A stretch of DNA of 64,000 nucleotides, from positions 45,758,001 to 45,822,000 of the forward strand of contig OZ076413.1 in the NCBI GenBank assembly GCA_964187785.1, in the 5' to 3' direction. The position numbers and the translations under genes are program-made. Positions 38,047 to 50,821 of the stretch are shown here, in pieces. Numbering within the stretch: the first letter of the stretch is position 1; each line of letters begins with the position of its first letter. Below the pieces are notes generated by a model. The model saw only the letters and a program-made list of their open reading frames with translations. It had not been told where the DNA came from and searched no databases. Origin of the DNA: Amphiscolops sp. MND2022. Lineage: Eukaryota.

Positions 38047-39192
38047 CTACTCCAGCCCTATGCTCAGAATGGACACATACACGCGGTTATGCAGCACCAC
38101 GTGAATGCCAGTGCCCTCCAGCAAATTCGTTAGGGTATGGTACAGGTTTACCAATGAAAGGGCGGGTCGCTCTGGATCCAGTATAGGTAGGTGGACCCTC
38201 GTGGATCCTTTCTCTATCAAACGCTGTATCAAGTGTGTCATACAACGTAGGTAGTCGTCGGTGAGCAGCGGCGCACGCTGGTTTGCTCTGATTATCAGTA
38301 AGTGAATACTCTGATTGGGGTTTGGGTTGATATCAGGGGGAATGTTGAGAATCTCCCCCACCTTGGGACGTAGGGAGAACACATTCTCCTTGCGGCATTC
38401 TCGTAGCACGTACCGTAGGGCGGCTGAGTTGGTCTCTAGGTCAGCGGGACACGCTAACACCATATCACCTTCTACTTGAAGAAAATCAGTCACATCATAT
38501 GAGAGGTGCTCTGTTGGGGCTGGTTGCAGAATTCCCGGGTAGATAATCTCTCTCCCCCGCCCATTATCGGCAGGTAAGCACACGCGGGGCGTACGCCCCT
38601 GGATTGCAGCCAGGTCTTGCCACACCGAGCGTGGCATCGCTCGATTATCACTGCTCGCCCTGACCCATGCGTCTAGGGTGCTCAAAGCGGCTTTTGAGGG
38701 AAGTGGAATCTCAAAAGTATGAGTCCACTCATCCAGCAATCTAATGCGAGGATAATTGGTGAAACAAGTGATGATTAGTTCCAACCACCACGCGAATTTC
38801 ACTTTGCCACGATACCAGTCGATAATGTGGAAGCAAAGTATCAAGTCCGCGGTAGTGAGGGTCCTCAGACCTTCCAAGCAGGACAGCAGGTGCAGTGGTT
38901 CCACTATTGCCTCCTTTCGTGGAGCAGTAACCAGCAACCACCAGTGCGGCGCTGGGCTGTATACTCCGCCCGGATCCACGTGAATTCCGTATTTGTCACA
39001 GAGAAGATCAGCGGTGATGCATCGGACCATTTGCACAGGTTCCCGCTCGAAGTTGAAGGGTCCAAACGCAATATTGCTGGGTACTGGGGGCATCACCGTT
39101 GCGAGGGTAAACTCTAACCCTTTTCCGTCGTTAGTCCACTCCTTGAATCGAGGACACGGAGCTTTCGCTACTCCAGGTGATGATAACTTCAC
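38047..39192 (-). CDS. Post-integrase ORF segment ending in a degenerate TARG1/OARD1-like macrodomain (probably the frameshifted pol tail)
   Basis: LSYDVTDFL..LACPADL..PKVGEIL..IHLLII..DYLRCM..GSTRVHLPIL..LEGTGIHVVL parallels the TARG1 secondary-structure pattern. Confidence 0.65.
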   Translation of the reverse strand: MKLSSPGVAKAPCPRFKEWTNDGKGLEFTLATVMPPVPSNIAFGPFNFEREPVQMVRCITADLLCDKYGIHVDPGGVYSPAPHWWLLVTAPRKEAIVEPLHLLSCLEGLRTLTTADLILCFHIIDWYRGKVKFAWWLELIITCFTNYPRIRLLDEWTHTFEIPLPSKAALSTLDAWVRASSDNRAMPRSVWQDLAAIQGRTPRVCLPADNGRGREIIYPGILQPAPTEHLSYDVTDFLQVEGDMVLACPADLETNSAALRYVLRECRKENVFSLRPKVGEILNIPPDINPNPNQSIHLLIIRANQRAPLLTDDYLRCMTHLIQRLIEKGSTRVHLPILDPERPALSLVNLYHTLTNLLEGTGIHVVLHNRVYVSILSIGLE

Positions 39193-42100
39193 TGAATAGT
39201 ATCCATGGGATGGTCTCCGTGTCGTTCCAGGGAGGAATAAGTCTCTGCTTCTCAGCTCTCACCGTAAGGCCATGTACTAGATTTTCTCCCCGCTCCGGAG
39301 GAACTCCCCGGGCTCCAGTGGGAACCCTCCGGTTCTCATTGACGGCTAGCAAGCAAACACAGTCTCGCAGCCCACAGGTCCCGCATTTGTAGCGTGGTTG
39401 CCGCCTGCTTCTCAGCTGGTATCGGGGGACCTCAGAAGCCTCGGTCGGTATTGCTGTTTCCGACGGCATTGTTGTTGTTGTTTCCTTCTTCCTCGTTCTT
39501 GCCTTCGCTCTGACCAGCCGTTTTCGCGTTTTGGGTGGTCTCCCCCTCCCCCTTTTGAGAGAAGGAGCGGTCCCCGCTCCGGGCAATGTCGTGGGAAGGG
39601 TAGGCACATTGGACTGAGCGTCGTCATCCTCGGTGGCGGACTTCAGAGGGAGGGAGGAGCGGCCGGCCAAATGGGATAGTTATTGAGGAAACTCGTCAGC
39701 GATGGATTTGTCAGTAGTGGGGCCGATGTTCCCAATAATGAGGGCTGTTTTTCGGGAGAAGATATTTGTGGTGACGGAGAGCGCGCGCGCTCATGGTCTG
39801 AGAATAGTTGAGGTAGACGATGGGTAGGTGATATTGATTGGTCTGAAGGGGGTTGGGGGACTTCGGGTTCCCTACGATCAGCATCAACGGAATCAGGAGG
39901 TACCGGTAACATGATTTCGGATAACTCGTCGTCAGTGCCCGAGGTTGAGTAGTCGAACTGCTGGTAGTGCATGCGGGAACCTCCAGCACGTAGCTTTGTG
40001 CGCAGACGGGTATCCATCCAATGGTGCTTGCGCGAAGGCAAGGATACGTCAGATGCTTCTGAAAGTAGTTGTTCAGTTTTATATGAAGGCTGGGACTTAT
40101 CGTCGTCAACTACTTCAATAGAACGTTCAGGGTCAGGGTCCATGAGTACCACTATTTCGCCGCTGTCCGCTTGCGCGGTGGCGAGCTCAAGGGGCCCACT
40201 GTGATGAGGCTTCAGGCGCTCAAAATGAACCTTTTGTCCTGTGTCCAACACATAGACGCGTCCTTCTTGAAAGACTTGTACTACTTTGTGCGGGCCACGC
40301 CAGGCGCGCATCAGTTTGGGAGAGCCTTTTTGCTGTACGTAGCGGCAAAAAACCCAGACAAGCTCTCCTGGCTGGTAAGCTCGTGCTCGAATAGCACGAT
40401 CATATTTCAATTTTTGGCGTAATTGGGCCTGGTGCGTATTGCGCCGGACCAAGTCGTGAATTTCTTGTTGGCGAGCCAACACATGATCCACGTATGCTTC
40501 ATGCGTATCAAAGGACTTGACCGCAACTTCAGGGTATTAAAAGGTGAGGGGGATTGCCTTCTCAACACCCCTTGTTAACATGTAGGGCGAGAAGCCTGTA
40601 GTGGCGTGCCTGGTAGAATTATAGGCACCGATTACTTCATCTAAGCATTGGTCCCAGTCGCGCATGCGGCGCGAGCAAAAGACTCGCAACAGGGTTAAGA
40701 GGGTGCGGTTCTGCCGTTCCACCAAACCTTGAGTTCGTGGATGTCCGGCAGTGGAGGTCACCTTAGTGACGTGAGCTGCTTTTAGGAATTCATTAGAGAC
40801 TTCAGCAGTGAGATTTGGAGCATTGTCTGATTGCATGCGAGTGGGGGTGCCGTGGCGGGCAAACCATTTCTGCAGCAGCAATCGTGAGGTGGTCACTGCG
40901 TCATAGTCGTGGTGACTACAAGGGACTGCCTCTGCAAATTTAGAGAAATGGTCGATGATGACCAAAATGCCGGTGTTGTTATTATCAGAGGGGCAGATTT
41001 TTAAGTGATCATACTGGACCAACTCGTTGAAGTAGCCACTCTGAATGTTTTTCAGTTGAAATCGTACGTCACCAGGCTTGTCACGTACTTGTTGGCAGGT
41101 GAGGCACTGGCCGACGTATCGACCGACACTGCGCCGTATGCCGGGCCAAGTGTGGCGCTCTTGAATTCGAGCTACCACTTTTGAGATGCCTTGGTGTCCC
41201 ATTGCGTCGTGCGCACGTAACAGAATTTCATGCTGGTACAGCTGAGGCATTATGATCATGCACGGACGTTCGTGCAATGGGCGTTGGGTGGGGGAGTATT
41301 GCATGCAAAGGACATTATTCTTGTTTATGAACAAGAGGTCCTTTTTCTGGCGGAAGTGGTTACGTGCGAACTCACGCACGTTCTCGGGAAACACGTCGTT
41401 ATCTAGGGATTCACACTGCACGAGCTTCTTTAGTGCTAGCACATGGACATCGCGGTTTTGGGCTAGGACCAAATCCTTGATCCCATGTACGGTATGAGTG
41501 TGTTCATGGAGCTCGGTGTCAATGTCCTTGAGGGCCATAATCGACTCGCGCACGCCACCAGGAGAGTTCTGTAGCATGGCGTTTTTCGTTCCCGCCACAG
41601 AATAGATGGTGCGAGAGGGGACATTTACTGCATGTGTTGGCAGCAGGTAATCCTCGCTCGCCTCAGTAGTGACGTCTATCCAGCCTTCAGGATAGTCTCG
41701 GTAGAAGTCCTCGTGCTTTTGCAGCACGGGTGGAGGCTTGGGCGGTAGAGGTGCGGCTAGCGCCTTTGCCTGTCGTTCTCGCTTGTTCGCTTGTTGCACA
41801 CGGCGAAGCACACGGAGTGCTTGGTCGGGAGCCTTAGGCTCCAAGTTCTGCAGATGCAGTGGTAGGTCAGGATGATTTGGAATTATTCGACCTTGCAGGT
41901 CGAACCAGGGGGCTACGGGGAGGTTGTCGAATTCATCGGCCGAGAGGAAATTCCAACGCTCTCCGGTAGCTGGCAGCTGCGCAAGCTGCTGTTCTCGGCA
42001 TCGATACTCGTTGGTTCGTTTGCTCAAGCCATCAGCATTGCGGTGTTGAGTTCGCGGTCTGTGTTCCACACGAAAGTGATACCTGTCCAGCGACATGATC

Positions 42101-44601
42101 CAACGTCCAATCAATGCTTGGTCCGTGGAGTAGGTTTTCAACCAGGATAGGGCTTGATTGTCGACTCTCAGGGTGAACTTTCGGGGGCAAAGGTACCTGT
42201 GGTATTTCAGGATGAAGTAATAGGGTGCAAACATTTCCAGCTTGGGTGCCCCATATTTGGCTTGGGTGGTGGTCAATTTCTTGCTGCCGTATATTATCGG
42301 TCGTAGGCGTCGCTCTCCTGGAGCTCCTTGCCACTGGTGTAGGATGCCGGAAATGGCAACAGCGCTGGCATCGGTGTCCAGCACAAACTCTTCTTCAGAA
42401 TCAGGCTGCGCGAGCGCAGTCGCCTCGATCAATGCTTTCTTGATTTCGTTGAAGGCCTTTTGCTGGTCAGGACCCCATGCAAACGTGGCATTCAGTCCAG
42501 TAACGGCGTGGAGGGGCGCAACCAGTTTGGCATGCCATGGGATAAATTCACGATAATAATTGGCGAATCCCAGAAAACTTTGCATTTCTGTTTTGTTGCG
42601 AGGGATGCCCCAATCGCGCAGTTTGGCAACAGCCTTCGGGTCCGGTTTGACAACTTCTGCGGAGACTACGCGTCCCAGATATTTGATTTCTGGTTTCATG
42701 AAGTCGCATTTGGCTACGCGCATCTTAAAGCCAGCTTCGCAGAGGCATTCAAAGACCTCGCGCAGACGCGCCATGTGATCTTCCACAGTTTCCGTTGCTA
42801 TAACTATGTCGTCGATGTATGCCAGGACCATGCTGCCTTTGCGATTAACTATTTTTTTGTAGCGCTCGCGCTATTGCTCGCTGAAGGTGGCTGATGCATT
42901 GCACAAGACGAATGGCATTCTTCGCCATTCGAAAAGTCCCAACTCACAGGCAAAAGCTGTCTTGTGGCGGTCCGCCTTTCGCAAAGGAATTTGCCAGAAA
43001 GCCCAGGCAAGATCTATGCTAGTGTAGATCTTTGCATTGCCCAGTCGCGCCAGGCTTTCATCGATGCGGGGCAGGGGGTAGGCATCCTTAATGGTTACTT
43101 CATTCAGCGGTCGAAAGTCAGAGCAAAAACGCAACTCCCCGCTTTTCTTTTTTACCATTACGGTACCACTTGCCCAAGGGGACAGTGAAGGTTGTATCAT
43201 CCCTAAGGCCAGTAGGCTCAGAACTTCCTGGTTGACTCGTTCAGCCTTTTCGGGGGACATTCTGCGAGCACCTTCACGGTGCGGTACAGCCCCAGGCTCT
43301 ACCTCTATCGTGTGTTTAGCAATGGTACAGCGGCCAATATCCGCCTTACGCTTCATGAATAGGTCATCAAATTCGTTAAGAATGTTGTCCAAAGACTCGC
43401 AGGCGCTAGCGCCCCAGAGTTTTTTTAACTTCTTGCAATTGAGAATCGGGCCCAGGGATCGGGGCCAATAGGTCCGGATCGGTGCGCTTGCGAATCTCGC
43501 GCTCCGAAAGCCCCGCTTGACTTGGATCCGTCGAAGACAAAAACTCAAATTCAGATGAAGAAGTTAACTCAGAAGCAGTGGATAGATTCATTTCACTGTA
43601 CACTTTATAAACAGAATTTGCTCGACTGTTGTCGGCTTCAGTTTTGTGGTCAGTTTTTGCAGTAGCATCCAGCTTTTGGGGCACAGCCTGGTATACTAAA
43701 GACACAGGCACTACCGTACACGCTGCTGGTTGCTGGTGAGGTTTACCAGACTCACATACAATGTTCCTGTCTCACTGACAGTGGCCACGCTGTCCTCTAA
43801 AAAGATGGTATTTTGCAATGAGGGATCAGACAACGAGGCGTTAAGCGCCACGGTCTGGAAAATTAATGGTTCAAGCGCGTTGGTGACAAGTTTATCCTTT
43901 GCCACTGTACGCTCGAAAGGCTGTAGGACCAGGTCACTGTCCAGAGCAATGGGAGTAGTTAGCGAAGCATCACCTACCTGGGTGTGTGCATGATGCCAGA
44001 CGGGCTTCACTGGTGCTCGCACCACTATCTTCATGGAGGTTAGATCTACCAGGACTTGGTAGGAACGGAGGAAGTTTCGACCCAACAGAAAGTTCTCCAC
44101 GCCCATTGCGTCATCTACCACGACGAAATTGGTTTCGAGTTCATACCCTCCCAACTGGAAGCGTACCTGCTCAGCCAACCCGAAAGTCTTTATTGTCTTC
44201 CCGTTGGCAGCGTACAAATCAATTTGATAGGGTTTCAGGACCGCACCGGTCCGTGCAGCTACCCGGTTAAAGGCGGAGAAGGTTAGTATGGACACCCCGG
44301 AACCAGTATCCACCAAGCCTCGCAGTGGGATAGGTGCCGCATGGGGCACCACAAAAGAGACAACAAGCGACGCACGCTCATCTATCCGCGCTTCCCCAGT
44401 GGGTTCTTGGTGGTTGATACTATAGCATTTCAGCTCTTGACGTCCCAAGCATAAGCCGGGTGGGAATACATCTACCACCACACAGGCCTCGAATTTCACG
44501 TCCACGCCGTCCATCGTTGCACAGACTGGTACTGGCGAGTACGTAGTCAGGGTCTCCGACTCTCCAGGGACGTACCACTGTTTTGGGCGGGGCAACTCCA
44601 T
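39131..44601 (-). pseudogene. pol: pol: protease, RT, RNase H, integrase, and a low-complexity tail with AT-hook and Cys cluster
   Basis: LVDTGSGVSIL; DFRPLN, DAYPLPRID, YIDD; TDASAVAISGIL; HDAMGH..CLTC, DHFSK, SDNA, GLVERQN; WRGPH; KRGRGRPPK; CGTCGLRDCVC. Confidence 0.95.
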
Positions 44602-44628
44602 CCGGTTATAGAGGACAGATAGCTCAAC

Positions 44629-47450
44629 CTAGAGTTTCGCCAAGGTTAGCGTTGGTCTACGCACCTGCTCGGCTGCCAGCATCAGATGAATCGAGATCAA
44701 CGGTCTCCCTTGTGGATCAAACGTGGTGGGCTCCAAGCACGTTTGAATCTGCTTTGTTCCGCATGTGACTATCAGTGGGGGATGAAACGCTGGGGGCTCC
44801 GGTGGGTGCAGCATTAACACGCGATCATCCTCCAGGGGTACCGTGTGGGCGGCCACACCAGCGGATTCCACCTCGGCCCATCGATTATAGGCCAATTCAT
44901 CATTAGGCCTTGGAGCTTGAGAATGCTCACCACAGGGGTCATCCACATGGTCATAGACTCCACAGTGCGCACACTGATGAATGCCTGGATAATTCTCCAA
45001 CACGCCATCAGTTACATCTTCAGCAGTGACTTTCACGCCTTCTGGCTCGGGAGCTGCCACTGGTTTGCGAGCTTGATCGCGGGTGGGACAGACCCGGGCA
45101 AAATGCACAGCTTGACCGCAATTAAAGCATGCGCCAACGGGTAGGCGTGCCGCAGGCTGCGCTGCTGCCTGATTTGGCGGGGCATTGCTCGCAGGTGGGA
45201 GAGGCATTACTCCTTGCGGTAACACCATCTTGTTAGGGTGTAGCGGCGCGAAGGGATGAGGTCTAGACCTCATTGCTAGTCTGGGGTCATAGGGTTGAAG
45301 GAATTGGTTGGGTTTGGGGCGATTGCGCTGCAATTGGCGGGTGGTGAAGCGAAGGTTCGGTCAGGAAGACTTCCGAGGCATATACTATGGCAAGCTCGCG
45401 CCTCAGCGCTGGGTCTCGTACGCCTTCCATGAAGCGCTGGAGTATTTCATAGCGCTTGGTAGTGATTGTCTCTTGCGGGAATCCTTGACTTCTAAGACCC
45501 TCTTGAGCGTCTAAATACTACATCCAGTCTTCTTTCTCATGTTGAATGCGGCTCTGAAAAGCTTGTCGTACTTGCATACGATTTCCTCCAGCGCCAAAGC
45601 GGCTGGATAACAATTCAAACACCTTCTCGGGGGTGTCACGTTCGGATTCCGCTTTGTTAATGATGTAGTTGCGGGCTTCACCTTCAAGGTGACCGATGAT
45701 GCTCCAGGCCTGGTCCTCGGCTGAGACCTTGGTTTGCGTTCTCTTCAGGTATCTCTGCACAATAAGGATCCACCCATCAATGGATCCGTCTTTGGAACCG
45801 CGATATACTTTGGGCCTCGCCTGATTCAAGTCTCTGCTGGCGAGTAAAGGCGCTAACTCTTTTGACATCGCCTTTGATATGGCGGCCGTGAATCTTAGCT
45901 GCTCAGGGGATATGGCCTCTCGTTCTTCGACCTTAGCTTCCCCCTCGCGCGTCCTGTCATGACTACCAAGAGTGGCTTGTATCGACAGGTCAGCGATTTT
46001 GTCCTTCTTGCGAGTGCTGCTAGCGCAGGGAGTGCCCGAGGGCAGTCCATGATCGGCTGACAAGTCCGCCGTCAAGTATAAGGAGTCTGGTCCTGACATC
46101 GAAATGGGGGCAGTTGCAAACGTTGCTCACTCGGTTTGAGAACCTAGGGTTGCCTTGGTGTTGGATAAGTCGACTTCAACCGAAGAATCAAGATAGATGG
46201 TTGACATCGGATCCACGCCTTGATCTCGAGTAGTGCTCTGGGCTGCAGAAGGCATCGATGACTCTGCTGAGTCGTGATGTCCCCTCATCTGCACTCGTGC
46301 AGGCTTGCGCTCTGCCTCAGGCGTGGCTATCACCAAATTTCCGGCTGCTCCTTCATCTTTCCGGGGCGCAGGCACTGCCGGCCTGGAAGTGCTAGGCTTC
46401 AACGCGCTTGGCAGTTCCGATTTCACTACCTGGCTCGGGTACATCGGCTCCGAGATACGGACTGGACCTCCATTCCGCACGCCTCCACTTGCACTGGGCT
46501 GCCGCGGGAGTGACCTCTCACGCCTCATGACATCAATGGCGTTGAGTACTGTGTGCATCTGATTGCTTAAGTCGTTGATCTGCGTTTCCACGCGCAATTC
46601 GCGAGCCATCAACATGTCATTCATCTCTCCCATCCGGTGACCCAATGTGTCCACTCGAGCATTTTGCACGTTCTGCGCGGTACGCAACTGATCGCTGACT
46701 TGCAGGCCCTCACGCATGGTCGTCTGCATCACTTTGATATTTTCCACGATGGCAAGATGTTGCTCATTGCATTCAGCACGAGTGCTGGCCAGACCTGCTA
46801 GAGCCCGTTGGGTTTGGCTTGGGCATCCAATAGCGCTGCCTTGTATACCGAAGACCGTTGCGATGAGGCCAATGAACCTGTCATACTCCTAACACGGGAT
46901 GCCTCCTGACGTGGTTCGACTACCTGCAGTATGGGTGGTCGCACCGTCTTGTGCTTTCCGTAGGCACAGACCCAGGTAGGTCCTCGAGTGGTCCCGAGTC
47001 CTCGCTGTCTCGCGTAACTCATACCTCCCACATAAGTGAGGTCCTGCTCCATGTCGGTCTGCGAGCCGAGTTGTGTCTCTCCAGCCGGGGGTGCGCGCGA
47101 TCACCCTTCCTCAGCCACCAATTCATCGGTTGCATTCGAATTGGGCCAGCCCTCTTCCACTTCATTGGCTCTATCGCGGCAGGTTTCGTCGACCCACTGC
47201 TCGGTCCGACGCGAATTTTCGGAAACACTGGAGTTCTCTGAGGGAGGAACCATAGCGGCCAATTCCTCTTTTCGCTGTTGTTCGATAGTGACTTCGTCAG
47301 ACATGTCGTCTGAAAAACGTGAACCATCTATCGTGACCCACGATTGTGAACCTGTATGGGGCACCGCCATCAGTTCGTTGGCCAACGCGCTTAATATTAG
47401 CGATCGAGTTACCGCTCACGATTACTCGGAAGACTCAAATTGGGTCGCCG
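44629..47450 (-). pseudogene. gag: Long gag with coiled-coil, capsid-like region and zinc knuckles, fragmented
   Basis: YRGSKDGSIDGWI..HLEGEARNY..LSSRFG..FQSRIQ capsid-like segment; CFNCGQAVHFARVC and CAHCGVYDHVDDPC knuckles. Confidence 0.85.
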
Positions 47451-50059
47451 AACGTACCAGGGTCTTCAATCCGAGGCTGATCCCTTGGTCGTCCCGGTGA
47501 GCACTTAAGAAATTTGATGTTATTCAATGTCCTAGACTTTTCGAAACACGTTCTAGAGCTCGTAGGCTGTTCAAATTTGCACAGCGTTTTCTCACAAGCG
47601 CACTGGGCCAGAAAATCAACCTGGTTTGGGGCAGAAAGTCTCAAGTCACTCACAGGGAGAATTTCAAATAATTTTAGGATTTTTCAAACTTCGCACGACA
47701 ACACTCAAGAGGCTCGTGTGTGCGCTAGAAGCGCTGTATCAAGCCCATAATTGACCAGCAGATCTTAGGTACACGTAGGTTTACGAAAATGAACGCAGTT
47801 TTGAGCTGCGCTCCTTCAACACAGTTTCACCTAGGTACAGACGTGTGGTACCACGATGTACCGAAATACACTGTTTTTCACGTCTTTTTCAAGATTGCGG
47901 TCCACTGGAAAGAGCTAGCAAGCTCAAATTCTCTGCAGCAACGTAAGAACTAGCACAGGTTACGATGGTGGGCTGCAATATAGCCCCACCCGTCGGTCAA
48001 GGTGCCCGGGTTACTTGGAAAAATTAAGAAAAAACTGCATTTTTGCGCACTTTTTTGGGCGCCGCGTTTTTCCTATTTTCTCGACAAGTATCATACAGAT
48101 CGGCACCAAACTTGGTAGTCTATGCCAGTGGGCACCTACAATGCCACTGATATAGTCGAATTGAAGCGCGAGCGCTTATTTGAGGTTTTGACCCACTATG
48201 TACGTTGTACACGAAAAAACACTGTTTTTGACGACTTTTTTCACAAATTGACCAAGAGGATCACCTCAGAAAGTGATACGGCAGGCAAAATGGGCCCAAC
48301 GTGTTGCCCCACTATCCTAAGCACTGGGATAAACCCTCAATTGGTGGTGCCCACTAGGTGTAAGGCACTGACAGTCCTGCAGTTTTGGATTTTTTCGGTC
48401 CTTTTACGCTTCTCTGAGGTCGAAACGTCAGAGAGCTTTTCTCGACTTTGGTGACCGATACGCTCACCAAATTTTCGGCACCAACGTTAATTTTTGTGGT
48501 GGTTACGAAAATCCAACCACTTTTTGGCTAGTGTTCAGGAATCGATGACCCGACCCTAGCTCAGAGACAGTGCGGTTTTGTGGAAAATTGATCAAATTCA
48601 GTGCGTTTTTCCACTTTTCTCAGCACTGAATAGGAGTTTTTACACGCGGTTTTCACCACCACGCGTTATTTTCATTATAAAAACAGAAAATGAGAGCACG
48701 CGGGCTCCCAGGTCTCGAAAACACTGAGTGCCCCAGAGGATTCAATGATGCACTCTGGCACTACTGAAACTGGCCAAAAATCAAGGTTTTTCGACTTTTC
48801 TCAACACTGAAAAGGAATTTTTGCACGCGGTTTTCACCAAGATGCGTCGTTTTTGCTGCTAAAATCGAAAATGAGAGCGCTCAAGCCCGCTCTTTTCGAA
48901 TAAGCTTCGCTCTGGGTGTTTTCGGTTAATGCACTTTCTCTGCTCGAAAATGCCAAAAATCACAAGTTTTTCGCACTGTATCAGCCCCAGGCTGCCTGAG
49001 TCCGCTACAAAAGTTGCAATTAGTATCCTGAGGGTCAACTACATTTGGGGCAGTGCCGTACACTGTCGTTTTGCACTTCCATACTCGTGTACGTTCACAT
49101 TTTGGGTGCCTTTTTGGCCAAATTTCCACTTTTTCCACATTTTTTGGCATCAAATTGGCACTTTTATCACAATCAAAGGCTTCAACTTCACCTTTCGTGC
49201 CTCGTGCCGGCTTTCTTGAGCCTTGCAGCTGCTTTTTCAAAACTTTCCACCAGGCTTTCCTGGTTTCTTTGAGCACTAGTGCTCGAAACCAAGAAAAACA
49301 CCAAAAAAAAACGCAAAAATGAGGTTTTTTTCTCCAAGTGCTATCTTTTTCGCAGAAAAGCACTTCGTAGGGTGTCGTTACATTTATAGTAGAACGTCAC
49401 TGACCTGCACCAACGATTCTCCATCGAAAGAGGTGTATTTTCAAAATTTTCGCCAACCATACTCCATCTGAGCCACGCATCTGGTCATAGGGGGTGCATC
49501 TTCACCACGTTATTTCTCCACATCTAGACCAGACAGAAACACGCGGGTAAGACCATTAGCACCGTCCGTCGTTGCACTTGCTGTCCACCAAAAACCATGC
49601 CTCTAGGACGTCTCTACGAGGAATGGGAATAGGAAGTAGGCAACACGAGATTTGTCCCCTCCTTCGCCTCTCTGGAGTATGGTCAACCATCCATCCGTTA
49701 CCCTCTTGCATGGCATAAAATGGCTGAAAATAGCTCAAAAAACCTGTTAGACACCCGTAGCCACGTGCTACGGTCCTCTGCACCTGCAAAAAGGTACCCG
49801 CTGATGGGTACACAACACATCACACATAAAGAGCGATTTCCTTCTAAAATGCCCAAAAATACCATTTTCGCACCTGAAAACACGTTCTCTTCGGCATTTT
49901 CTCTGGTTCAACGCCTCTCCCAGTTCCAGTAAGACGTAATACGACTAAAAAGAGGTAAAATTTTGCTTCCCTCTCCTGTCCAGAGTCGAAAACGGGCTTG
50001 GCACTGATCACCAGGGGGCCAGATCTTTTAAAAACCGCTAGGGAAAGCTTCCCAAGACG

Positions 50060-50077
50060 ATCCCTCTGTGGTCGCCA
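50060..50077 (-). promoter_or_regulatory. PBS, probably tRNA-Arg
   Basis: TGGCGACCACAGAGGGAT, 15 nt from the LTR end. Confidence 0.75.
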
Positions 50078-50092
50078 AAAAATGAGTTTCTA

Positions 50093-50821
50093 TGTAACGA
50101 TAAGCGCTGGCGCTTGAACCGCAACGTAGAGTGGAGGAACTAGAACAGCGAATATAATCTGGGACTTAGATCTCCGCGGCCCTAGCTCATTTTCCCTCCG
50201 AAGGAGCCAGTCCCAAGGTGGGGGAACCGTCTTGTAGGACGCTCTCTGGCCTGGTCCTAGTCTGTAACTGCTAAAAGTAACAGGCATCTTGCAAGACTCA
50301 AGACCACTGCTCAACTAGCCTTTAAAAATTGGGCTGAAAATCGATGAAGGTTGAACCGTAATATTGGAGAATCTGATAAAATCGCCAAATTGGATAAACA
50401 GATGTTAAACAACAGCTCTCGAGCATATTAATTTACCACATCGAAAAATACAACAAGAGATCAAGAGTTCAGAGTCATTTGATGAAAATTGACCTCAGCT
50501 TCCAAGCGCTAGCGCTAGTTGCCACACAGGATACCGCAGGGATACTCAGGCGAACATCTGGAACACTGGTTTCGTTTACTGTAGTAATGGATATCTCCTA
50601 GAGATAGACACAATACCGTGTTCTGTATGCGTTGGGGACGTCTTTTTTGTCGTCTCCGGTGCTTGTTCGTCGCGAGCGGCGATTTCTGCTTTTCTGGGGT
50701 GCTTTTTCTGGCAGGTACTTCGTCTTGAGCATGTTTGAGTGCCACGTCAAATTTGAACGAATTTTTGACAAAATTTCCAAACATGTCGGTTGATATTGCT
50801 GTACCAGAGCTTGCCGTTACA
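50093..50821 (-). repeat. 5' LTR (729 bp)
   Basis: TGTAACG...CGTTACA terminal inverted repeats; duplicated at 34527. Confidence 0.95.

Larger units (their letters stand above)
34527..50821 (-). mobile_element. Giant (16.3 kb) Ty3/Gypsy LTR retrotransposon with accessory domains and an extra ORF
   Basis: LTRs at 50093-50821 and 34527-35104 (truncated); PBS; ~2.6-kb leader; gag, PR, RT, RH, IN; macro-like tail; second ORF; flanks caa/caa. Confidence 0.95.
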
